Below, one piece after another: positions 13,537 through 21,661 of a DNA stretch of 64,000 bases. How positions within the stretch are numbered: the first letter of the stretch is position 1; each line of letters opens with the position of its first letter. The position numbers and the translations under genes were made by a program. The stretch comes from an uncultured Candidatus Binatia bacterium. GTDB taxonomy: Bacteria; Desulfobacterota; Binatia; UBA9968; JAJDTQ01. The stretch covers positions 2,137,515 through 2,201,514 of the forward strand of contig OZ251459.1 of the NCBI GenBank assembly GCA_965242525.1. Reading direction: 5' to 3'. Under the pieces are notes generated by a model, which saw only the letters and a program-made list of their open reading frames with translations, was not told where the DNA came from and searched no databases.

Positions 13537-15020
13537 GAAAACCACCCAGCCTGGTGGCAAGACACGAAGCCTATGCCTATCAGCTCGATGCTTTAAGAGC
13601 CGTAAAGGCGCTTCCTTATGCCGCCATATTCCACGAGCAAGGGCTCGGTAAAACAAAGATAGCTATTGACTTGATGTTGCTGTGGCTATCCAATGACTTA
13701 GTGGACACTGTATTTGTGATTACAAAAAAGAGCTTGGTTCAAAATTGGTTTGATGAACTTACCTCTCACTCATACGTAACTCCTCGAATTCTTTCCGATA
13801 ACCGTCGCGAGAACAGCCTCGCACTAAACTCACCTGTATTGATCTATATTATGAACTACGAAGCAATCTCGGCAAATCTTCATTTGATCGAGGATTTTCT
13901 CATTACCTGTAGGGTTGGCGCAATCCTTGACGAAAGTCACAAGATCAAAAACCCGCAAGCAAGGGCATCGATCTGCCTTCACTCTATCGCCGACAAATTC
14001 TCGCGTAAGGTGATAATGACGGGAACGCCAGTGGCGAACCGTCCTTATGATCTTTGGTCGCAAGTCAAGTTTTTGGACGGAGGACAGTCTCTCGGGTCTT
14101 CTTTTGCTGATTTCAAAGCAACCTTTGATCTTCCCGGTCAGCCAAGTTGCACACAGGAATACAGTGAACGACTATCCAATATCATTGACAAGATTAGACA
14201 TTTCTCGGTGCGAGAGACAAAGCGTACCGTAGAATTGAGCCTACCCGACAAGACAATACTAACTCATTTCGTGAACATGGCGCCTCGCCAAGCGGTAATA
14301 TATGACTCCTACGTGACCGAAGCGGCCTACGAGATCAACCTTGGGGACGACCTGATTCTGGACAACGCCGAAGACATCCTGAAACGCCTGTTACGCCTGG
14401 TGGAGTGCGCCTCTAATCCTTTCTTGGTTGACAAGAGATACTCTGAGGTGCCAGGGAAGTTCTCCGAACTCTTGAAGCTTCTCCAGGAAATTGACTTACG
14501 AGCACATAAAGTGGTTTTGTGGACAGGGTTTGTTGATAATGTAGAATGGATAACTGCCCAATTGAAGGAGTTTTCGCCCTTGAAGGTTCATGGTCGTATG
14601 TCCATTGAGCAACGGAACCAGTCCATAAGCAGATTCAAAACCCACCAGAAACACCGTGTCTTTGTAGCCACGCCTGGCTCTGCAAAGGAAGGCTTAACTT
14701 TGACAGTAGCCAATCATGCTGTTTTCTACGATCGAAGCTTCAGTCTTGATGATTACCTCCAGGCGCAAGACCGAATTCATAGAATCTCTCAAACTGAAGA
14801 CTGCTATGTACACAACTTGATCGCCAAACAAACCGTGGATGAGTGGGTGGATGCTTTGCTAAACGCAAAACATATCGCTGCACAGCTATCTCAAGGTGAT
14901 ATTTCTCAAGCTGAGTTTGAGTCTTCCTTTACCTTCAATTTAGCCGAAATACTGGCAGACATATTAACTTCCAGGTCGCTCGCTTCCAGGAGTCAGGAGA
15001 ACGGAAAATGGCCGAAATAA
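13521..15020 (+). CDS. compact SNF2/SWI2-family ATPase (helicase-like translocase)
   Basis: Walker A 'GLGKT', DExH-like 'ILDESHKIKN', motif III 'MTGTPVANRPYDLW', motif VI 'QAQDRIHRISQ'. A GTG start overlaps the upstream gene. Confidence 0.85.
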   Translation: MAFTLRKPPSLVARHEAYAYQLDALRAVKALPYAAIFHEQGLGKTKIAIDLMLLWLSNDLVDTVFVITKKSLVQNWFDELTSHSYVTPRILSDNRRENSLALNSPVLIYIMNYEAISANLHLIEDFLITCRVGAILDESHKIKNPQARASICLHSIADKFSRKVIMTGTPVANRPYDLWSQVKFLDGGQSLGSSFADFKATFDLPGQPSCTQEYSERLSNIIDKIRHFSVRETKRTVELSLPDKTILTHFVNMAPRQAVIYDSYVTEAAYEINLGDDLILDNAEDILKRLLRLVECASNPFLVDKRYSEVPGKFSELLKLLQEIDLRAHKVVLWTGFVDNVEWITAQLKEFSPLKVHGRMSIEQRNQSISRFKTHQKHRVFVATPGSAKEGLTLTVANHAVFYDRSFSLDDYLQAQDRIHRISQTEDCYVHNLIAKQTVDEWVDALLNAKHIAAQLSQGDISQAEFESSFTFNLAEILADILTSRSLASRSQENGKWPK

Positions 15021-16051
15021 AGATCCTCAAGGAATCGGTGCAGGTAGTCAAGGAAGACTATGTGCATATCTACGAACTGAAGTTCCTGAAAGACAACCCT
15101 CGCGTATACGCGTGTACACATGAGTACCCGAATTTCGATGACTTGATGGAAGAGCAACAGCAAGACGTCATTTTCGATAAACTAAAGGAAGAGACGAGCG
15201 TCAAAAATCTCCGTCCTGAGATAGAACGGCATGGGGGCCTTATGGAGCCGATACTGGTTCGGCTCGATACACGCCAAGTCATTGAAGGCAATTCTCGCCT
15301 CGCTGTATACCGCCTGCTGTACGAAGGGACGAGGGAGAGCGACTGGGAATATATTCCGTGCAGCATGGTAAGTGGGCTAACAGAGCGTCAACAGGCCGCT
15401 TTTCTCAACGAAGTCCATGTGAAGGGCAAGACTCAATGGTCCCCCTACGAAAAGGCCAACTTCGCCTATGTCCGCAGGGAACGAGGTTGGAGTCTCAGTG
15501 ACATCGCCGAACTTTTCGGAGAGTCAGTAAATACGATTAGAACCCGAGTAAAGGTCATTGAAACCATGAAAGGGAACTCGGATGGCACAAAATCTCATTT
15601 CAGTCATTACGATGTACTAGTTCGAATACCTGCTATAGAGAAGGAGCTTTCTCAAAATGACGAGCTGCGCAATCTTCTTTACGCGGAGATCAAGAAGATC
15701 GATCCCAGAGACGACAAGAGCGCGAATGAGGACGAAACTGGCGAAGAGGACGAAAGCGGTTTCACCGCGCAGGAACTCAGGAGGAAACTGCCCGCGATCA
15801 TCGAGAAACCTAAGGTTTTGCGAAAATATATCGAAGGTGAAATAGATTTGGACGAAGGCTACCAGCGTGCGAAGATCAGCAACGCGGAAACCCGAGTTCG
15901 GAAAGCAAAAGGACTTTTGGAGGACGTTTCTCGAGAAGAGGTGACAAGGCTCGAACAGAATCGCTTCAATGCGTTCAAACAGGATGTACGGAGGATATCC
16001 CGCGTAGTGGAGCGCCTCAATGAGATCACAAAGGACCGTGAGACACCATGA
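15008..16051 (+). CDS. ParB/Srx-superfamily (DGQHR-like) protein, paralogue 2
   Basis: 'MEPILVRLDTRQVIEGNSRLAVYRLL' parallels the motif in the 12072 gene. ATG 15008 overlaps the SNF2 stop (15020). The 3' end overlaps the next start as ATGA. Confidence 0.55.
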   Translation: MAEIKILKESVQVVKEDYVHIYELKFLKDNPRVYACTHEYPNFDDLMEEQQQDVIFDKLKEETSVKNLRPEIERHGGLMEPILVRLDTRQVIEGNSRLAVYRLLYEGTRESDWEYIPCSMVSGLTERQQAAFLNEVHVKGKTQWSPYEKANFAYVRRERGWSLSDIAELFGESVNTIRTRVKVIETMKGNSDGTKSHFSHYDVLVRIPAIEKELSQNDELRNLLYAEIKKIDPRDDKSANEDETGEEDESGFTAQELRRKLPAIIEKPKVLRKYIEGEIDLDEGYQRAKISNAETRVRKAKGLLEDVSREEVTRLEQNRFNAFKQDVRRISRVVERLNEITKDRETP

Positions 16052-17688
16052 TTCCGTACAATGTACTGCTAGTCGAGCCCGGATACTTCAACAAGTATCC
16101 GCCGCTTGGGTTAATGAAGTTGGCAGCATATCATGGCGCTCGCGGTCGTGGCGACCGGGTCCGCTTCGTCAAAGGTGAGGATCGTGAAGTGTCGCTGGAG
16201 TCGTGGGATCGAGTTTATGTAGCTACATTGTTCAGTTTTGAATGGGCGCGTACTGCCGCGGCAATTGATTTTGCCATCCGGACCGTGCGCGGCCAGACAG
16301 AACGGGTATTTGTAGGCGGCATCGCCGCATCGCTTATGCATGAGCACTTTGAGAACGAACCACGATGGTCGGGTGTCCGTTTTATTAAAGGACTATTGAC
16401 TGATCCGCCGGCAGTTGCGCTGCGTTTATCAGCAGAAGATTGTGATTTTGGCTTTGACGACCACCAGGGACCCCCTATCGAGGAGTTGATTCCAGACTAC
16501 TCCATTCTCGATCAGATCGAATATTCCTATCCTGTCCGAGACGCCTACTTTGGATACGCTTCACGTGGTTGCGTTCGGAAATGTGCGTTCTGTGGCGTTC
16601 CTAAACTGGAAGGCGCTCAGCGCGAAATGCCTTCCCTTACTTCCTTGGTCAAAGGAATCGAAGATGCATACGGACCCAAGAAGGACCTGGTGTTGATGGA
16701 TAATAACGTCACGGCATCCCTGCGATACAAGGAGATAATTGCTGAAATCCGGGATCTCGGCTTCACGCCAGGCGCTAGGCTCGAACGCAGTGGGCGACCG
16801 CCGATCAAGCGACGCGTGGATTTCAATCAAGGCGTTGACGCGAGGATTCTTGCCAAGTCCCCGCTCTTTCTTAGGGAAATGGCAAAAATCTGTATCAGTC
16901 CTCTTCGTATCGCCTTTGACCACCTTGGGGTACGAAAAGTATATGAGACTTCTGTTCGAATGGCAGCACACCACGGAATCACCTCCTTATCAAACTATAT
17001 GCTCTATAACTTTATGGACACTCCCGCAGATCTATACGACCGCATGCGTTTGAATATTACCCTCAATAACGACTTGGGCATCCGTATTTGGTCATTTCCG
17101 ATGCGTTATCAGCCAGTCTATCTCAAGGACCGTTCCCACGTAGGCAAAAATTGGACGAGATACCAACTACGCTCCTTTCAGATTATGCTGCAGGCGACTC
17201 GAGGGGTTGTTAGCGGCAACCCTTCCTTCTTCATGCGGGCTTACGGAGAAGACAAACGCGACTTCGAACAACTTTTGAGTTTGCCACATGCTTTCATTTT
17301 TCACCGTGATTACTACGAGAGAGGACCAGGACGAGGCATCCGAGATGACTATGAGACGGCACGACGGCGCCTTTCCAAGTCTCAAGAACAGGAATTGCTT
17401 GGTTTGCTGGAAGGCTCGGACAGTGTACCGGGTTTTCGAAGGGATCGGCTTCGCTCTTTGGTAGCCGACCCTGGCATTGACACATCTATTCGTAGAGTCA
17501 TTCGATTTCACTTGCTGGATACAAAAGAGAAACCGCAGAACCCCATTCTGCCGCTCTTCCCCGACCTTAATCCTGATCCAGCTTTCCCTGACGACGATGA
17601 ACTTGTCGAGGACGCCGGACTCTTTGATCACGAACACGCCTTGGAACAATCTGAAAAGGCCATCAAAGGAAACCATCATGGTCAATGA
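16048..17688 (+). CDS. radical SAM enzyme with N-terminal cobalamin(B12)-binding-like domain (class B radical SAM-like)
   Basis: CX3CX2C in 'YASRGCVRKCAFCGV'. The N-terminus 'VLLVEPGYF..YPPLGLMKLAAYHGARG..VRFV' resembles the B12-binding domain of class B radical SAM proteins. Confidence 0.75.
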   Translation: MIPYNVLLVEPGYFNKYPPLGLMKLAAYHGARGRGDRVRFVKGEDREVSLESWDRVYVATLFSFEWARTAAAIDFAIRTVRGQTERVFVGGIAASLMHEHFENEPRWSGVRFIKGLLTDPPAVALRLSAEDCDFGFDDHQGPPIEELIPDYSILDQIEYSYPVRDAYFGYASRGCVRKCAFCGVPKLEGAQREMPSLTSLVKGIEDAYGPKKDLVLMDNNVTASLRYKEIIAEIRDLGFTPGARLERSGRPPIKRRVDFNQGVDARILAKSPLFLREMAKICISPLRIAFDHLGVRKVYETSVRMAAHHGITSLSNYMLYNFMDTPADLYDRMRLNITLNNDLGIRIWSFPMRYQPVYLKDRSHVGKNWTRYQLRSFQIMLQATRGVVSGNPSFFMRAYGEDKRDFEQLLSLPHAFIFHRDYYERGPGRGIRDDYETARRRLSKSQEQELLGLLEGSDSVPGFRRDRLRSLVADPGIDTSIRRVIRFHLLDTKEKPQNPILPLFPDLNPDPAFPDDDELVEDAGLFDHEHALEQSEKAIKGNHHGQ

Positions 17689-19186
17689 AGCAAGTGCTAT
17701 GACGACGACGACACGGCAGTCACTTGACTCGATTGGCAGCGACATTCTCAACCTAATTACCCTTGGAATGTACAATAACCCTCTTGCCATCTATCGCGAG
17801 TACATCCAAAACGCTGCGGATGCGCTTGCACGTTCTGGAAGTCGCACTGACGGCCAAGTGGCAATCCATTTTGACAAGTCCGCATCGTCCATAACGATTC
17901 GAGACACCGGACCAGGCCTATCACCGAAGTCCGCAAGACGCGCACTTTTGCCCATTGCCAAGAGCGAAAAGGAATTCCAGGCTGAACGCGGTTTTCGCGG
18001 CATCGGTCGCTTGTCCGGACTGGCTTTCGGCAAATCCGTCACCTTTCTTACGCGAGCACGAGGAGACCAGCCAGCAACAAGTGTCAAATGGGACGGACTG
18101 AAACTTCGGACAAACATTGACCAGCGCAAACCGATTGAACGGGTACTCAAGGAAGCTGTTACGGTAGAACCGCTAACAAGACCAGATTTCCCGCCACACT
18201 TCTTCGAGGTCCAAGTGAACGGTATCGCGCGACACGCAGCGGGACTGATACTCAATCGAGACGCGGTCCGGACGTACATTGGCGAAGTATGTCCTGTCCC
18301 TATTTCCCGATCCTTCCCCTTTGCAACCCGGATCCTCGCTTTATTCCAAGCGGAAGCTCCTTTATTCGCGCTGAACCTTGTCTTGGATGGCACCCCCGGC
18401 CCTGTCACACGCCCCTTTGACGACGCGATTCGATTTTCGGATGACAAGCTAGACAAGTTCACGGAGTTTCAGGAAATCAGGATCCCATCGGTAGACCGAG
18501 AAGGACATGCGGCAGTTGGCTGGATTGCACATTCAAATTATTTGGGCGCTATTCCCAAGGAACACGCCATTCGAGGTGTTCGAGCACGTGCGGGCAACAT
18601 ACAGATTGGGAACGAAGCTGTCTTTGATCACCTTTTTTCTGACGATCGCTTTAATCGCTGGTGTGTTGGCGAACTCCATATCATGGACTCGCGTATCATC
18701 CCCAATGCTCGCCGTGACTACTTTGAGCCGGGTCCACACATCCGAAACCTGGAGAACCAGCTTATCGCTGTATTTCGAGAAGTAGTTGCGCGATGCAGGA
18801 AGGCATCCGCAGAACGCAACAGGGAACGAAGGTTGCAGTCCGGATTGCGGGAAATCGAGGATGCTTATCACTTGGCACAATCCGGCTATTTGTCCATGGG
18901 AGATTCTCAAGCCTTGATCGCGCGCGGTCTCAACCGTCTCCAAGACTTCCGGAACAACTGGAGCGAGATGAACGCCTGTGCAAAGACGGAATTGGAAAAC
19001 CTTGAATCGAACCTTCAAAAATTCCAGCCTTCACATAGTCATCTACCCGTGGCTAATTTGTCAAAGTTGGAAGCGGCAACGTACAGAAAGCTTTTTCACG
19101 CTTTGGTAGAGACGTCCCCTTCCCCGCGCATTGCCAAAGAAACAATCGAAGCTGTCCTTGTCCACCTACAGCGCAGGGTCGCATGA
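17678..19186 (+). CDS. MORC/MutL-like GHKL (HATPase_c) ATPase
   Basis: Bergerat-fold boxes: N-box 'REYIQNAADAL', G1 'ITIRDTGPGL', G2 'FRGIGRLSGLAFG'. ATG 17678 overlaps the radical SAM stop (17686-17688). Confidence 0.75.
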   Translation: MVNEASAMTTTTRQSLDSIGSDILNLITLGMYNNPLAIYREYIQNAADALARSGSRTDGQVAIHFDKSASSITIRDTGPGLSPKSARRALLPIAKSEKEFQAERGFRGIGRLSGLAFGKSVTFLTRARGDQPATSVKWDGLKLRTNIDQRKPIERVLKEAVTVEPLTRPDFPPHFFEVQVNGIARHAAGLILNRDAVRTYIGEVCPVPISRSFPFATRILALFQAEAPLFALNLVLDGTPGPVTRPFDDAIRFSDDKLDKFTEFQEIRIPSVDREGHAAVGWIAHSNYLGAIPKEHAIRGVRARAGNIQIGNEAVFDHLFSDDRFNRWCVGELHIMDSRIIPNARRDYFEPGPHIRNLENQLIAVFREVVARCRKASAERNRERRLQSGLREIEDAYHLAQSGYLSMGDSQALIARGLNRLQDFRNNWSEMNACAKTELENLESNLQKFQPSHSHLPVANLSKLEAATYRKLFHALVETSPSPRIAKETIEAVLVHLQRRVA

Positions 19187-19199
19187 GAGGAAACGGCGT

Positions 19200-20684
19200 T
19201 CAGAGTTTCTCTACGCGGCTTGCCCTCGAACGCAGAAAGTTGAAATCGGCGTCGTCACCGACATCCGGCATCGCGAGCAAGCGTTCGATAAAAGTCTCCG
19301 GCTGACGCTGCTTCCGCTGTGTCTTCAAGCCGCCCCGCCATTCCAGCAGGACGACTTCTTCTCGAAGCTGTTCGCCGGTCACCGTCGAAGGGCGTGTCCG
19401 AAAGAGGTCGATGCCCATGACCCGGTAGTGCAACGACCGGGCCAAGTCGGCCAGGAGTCGGCCCGTGGGGATACGGACCCGCAGATACGACGCCTGGTCG
19501 CCGACCACGTAGGCGAGCCTGGCCCCCGGCTTGAGGACGGCGCGGAGCGACGCGAGGTGTTTCGCCATGCCGCCGAAGTAGAGCCGCGTGACGCGCGGAT
19601 ACAACCGCTCGAAGCCGGAGGTCTTGCCCAACTCGATACGGCGCTTCTCGATGGCTTCGGCGATGTCCCGTATCTCGGCATGGTCGGCAACCTCACGATC
19701 GTCCGTGTCCGCCTTATAGACGCCCCGGGTGTTGGACCGGATCAGGTTCCGTTTCATGGACCGCAATTCCTGCCGGTCGCGCACCAGTCCCAGGATGACG
19801 GACTCCAACCGTGTGGTGCGCGTGTAGTCCTTTTCGTTGGGATACGGCGGGGAGGTGATCACGGTATCGACGGACCCCGGCTCCAGCGCTCGATGGATCG
19901 CGCGGGCGTCCGCCTCCACGACCCGGGACGGCGCGTCCGTCCGGCCCTTGAGGAGTTCCAGGTCGCCGACGATGGTTCGGAAGCAGTCGAGCCAGGCGTC
20001 GACGGCCGGCGCGTCGTCCTTGATCCGGCCCACGCCGACTTCGGGACCGAACTTCAGGTTCCCGATGCGCAGCACCAGCGCGTTGGCAAGCGCCAGGCGG
20101 CCATAGGGCCGCAGTTGCGGCCGGTCGTGCCGGTCCATGGCGTCCAGCAGGGTCAGCGTCTTGTGGAGGGGCAGCGGACTGATGGAGTCCTTCAGCAGCA
20201 GTTTCGACCGGTCGGGGGGAAGACCCTGCAACACGGGTGGTCCGCTCCCGTTCGCGGCGAAGAGCGGAAGCCCCGCGGCCTCCCGGATGCCCTGCCGTTC
20301 CAGCGTCCTTCGCGCCGCCGCCGCAACCCGACGGGAATAGTCCGAAAGCGCCGCCGGGTCGGCCGACCAATCGACCTTCACCGAACTCGCAAAAGACCCC
20401 ATGGGGTTCGACTCGACGCCCACGCTGGGAATGCCGAGTTTCTTGCACTCCACCAACGTCGTGCCCGTGCCGCAGAAGGGGTCCAGGACCGTATGGGAGC
20501 GGTCCACGCCGAGCCGTTCCATGTAGTCCCTTACCAAGTGGGGCGGGAACGACAGGACGAACCGATACCATTGATGGGCCGGACGGTCTTCAGGCCGCAG
20601 CCTGTTCCGGTCGCCTTGGGTTCCGCCGGTGTCGGCAACCGCGGCCCGGCCGCTGCGCGTATCGGAAATCAGATCCGCCATCGG
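19200..20684 (-). CDS. SAM-dependent amino-methyltransferase, probably a DNA N6-adenine/N4-cytosine methyltransferase
   Basis: Motif I 'LDPFCGTGTTLV' and motif IV 'ITSPPYP' are separated by ~215 aa. The likely start is 'MADLISD' at 20684. The gene is convergent on the low-GC operon (stops 13 nt apart). GC is host-like. Confidence 0.55.
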   Translation of the reverse strand, partial: PMADLISDTRSGRAAVADTGGTQGDRNRLRPEDRPAHQWYRFVLSFPPHLVRDYMERLGVDRSHTVLDPFCGTGTTLVECKKLGIPSVGVESNPMGSFASSVKVDWSADPAALSDYSRRVAAAARRTLERQGIREAAGLPLFAANGSGPPVLQGLPPDRSKLLLKDSISPLPLHKTLTLLDAMDRHDRPQLRPYGRLALANALVLRIGNLKFGPEVGVGRIKDDAPAVDAWLDCFRTIVGDLELLKGRTDAPSRVVEADARAIHRALEPGSVDTVITSPPYPNEKDYTRTTRLESVILGLVRDRQELRSMKRNLIRSNTRGVYKADTDDREVADHAEIRDIAEAIEKRRIELGKTSGFERLYPRVTRLYFGGMAKHLASLRAVLKPGARLAYVVGDQASYLRVRIPTGRLLADLARSLHYRVMGIDLFRTRPSTVTGEQLREEVVLLEWRGGLKTQRKQRQPETFIERLLAMPDVGDDADFNFLRSRASRVEKL

Positions 20685-20745
20685 AGTTCCTGGCCGAACG
20701 GGTCGAGGGAGTCCAGCCTTTCCATGGCAACACGTGCGAGAACCG

Positions 20746-21459
20746 TCAGTCCACCGGAACGCAGGTGACCTCCACCCGTCCGTCACCGTGCAGTCGAACC
20801 GCGTTGACCGTGCCGGCGTAGGTCGGAGACCCCGAGTAGTAGGCGGGCACCCCGTCTTCGCCCACGCGCACGGCGCGGTTCCAGTGGCCCAGAGCCACGT
20901 AGTCGGCGCGGCTGGCGGCCAAGTTCTCCTGCCGGATCAGCCACGAGCCCAGCAGCAGGCCCGCCCGGGGCGCGTCCTCCACGTAATGGCCGTGGGCCAC
21001 CGCCAACTGCCAGCGGGTGCGCCGCTCGGGCGGCTCGGGCAGGGGCATCATGTCCAGGTAGTCCACGTGGGGACGGCCCCATACCTCCAGGTCCAGCTCG
21101 GGGAAGCCGCTCCGGTCCTCGGTGAGGCCCAGCACGCGCACGTTACCCGCGCCGGCGAACTCGGACCGGCGATAGACCGAATCAGGAGTCAGGGGGTCGT
21201 GGTTGCCCGGCAGGACCACGATGGGGAGGCCGGAGTCGGCCATGACTCCGGCCGCGTCCTCGATGAACCGGGGACCCTGGCGGTTGTGGTCGAAGGTGTC
21301 CCCCGCCAGGATCACCAAGTCGGCGCCCTGGGCGCTCGCAATCGAGAGCACCTGTTGCAGCACCGGCAGGTTGCCGGAATCGTCTTCGTTCAGGACGCTG
21401 TCCGCGCCCAGGTGGAGGTCCGATGTGTGGACGACGAGGACTTCACGCGGTGCGTTCAT
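20746..21459 (-). CDS. calcineurin-like metallophosphoesterase (SbcD/Mre11-like fold)
   Basis: 'VLVVHTSDLHLG', 'LVILAGDTFDH', 'VVLPGNHD' metallophosphoesterase motifs. Likely start 'MNAPREV' with AGGGAG upstream. It lies directly upstream of the methyltransferase on the same strand. Confidence 0.7.
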   Translation of the reverse strand: MNAPREVLVVHTSDLHLGADSVLNEDDSGNLPVLQQVLSIASAQGADLVILAGDTFDHNRQGPRFIEDAAGVMADSGLPIVVLPGNHDPLTPDSVYRRSEFAGAGNVRVLGLTEDRSGFPELDLEVWGRPHVDYLDMMPLPEPPERRTRWQLAVAHGHYVEDAPRAGLLLGSWLIRQENLAASRADYVALGHWNRAVRVGEDGVPAYYSGSPTYAGTVNAVRLHGDGRVEVTCVPVD

Positions 21460-21661
21460 GCTGGCGGTTTCTCCCTTCCCGGTGCGCCGCGGCCTGCGGG
21501 GACGCGGCTCCGCGGGCCGCAAGCGCGTCCGTCCCGGGGGCCTGGACCCGCCGGACACCGAGGGCCTGCCGGACGGAGGCGCCCTCTTCCAACGGCATGT
21601 GGTCGGGAGCCCTGGCGCCGGCTGCGGGACGGAAACCGCTGCGGAAGGCCTGCGGCCCGGG

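Noticed and set aside
11962-19199. Integrase/transposase or flanking att/direct repeats for the low-GC island
   Set aside because: No recombinase gene and no convincing direct repeats were seen at the boundaries. The mobility mechanism cannot be stated.
19131-20768. 545-aa plus-strand ORF opposite the methyltransferase
   Set aside because: It is antisense to a gene with clear MTase motifs and has no recognisable motifs.
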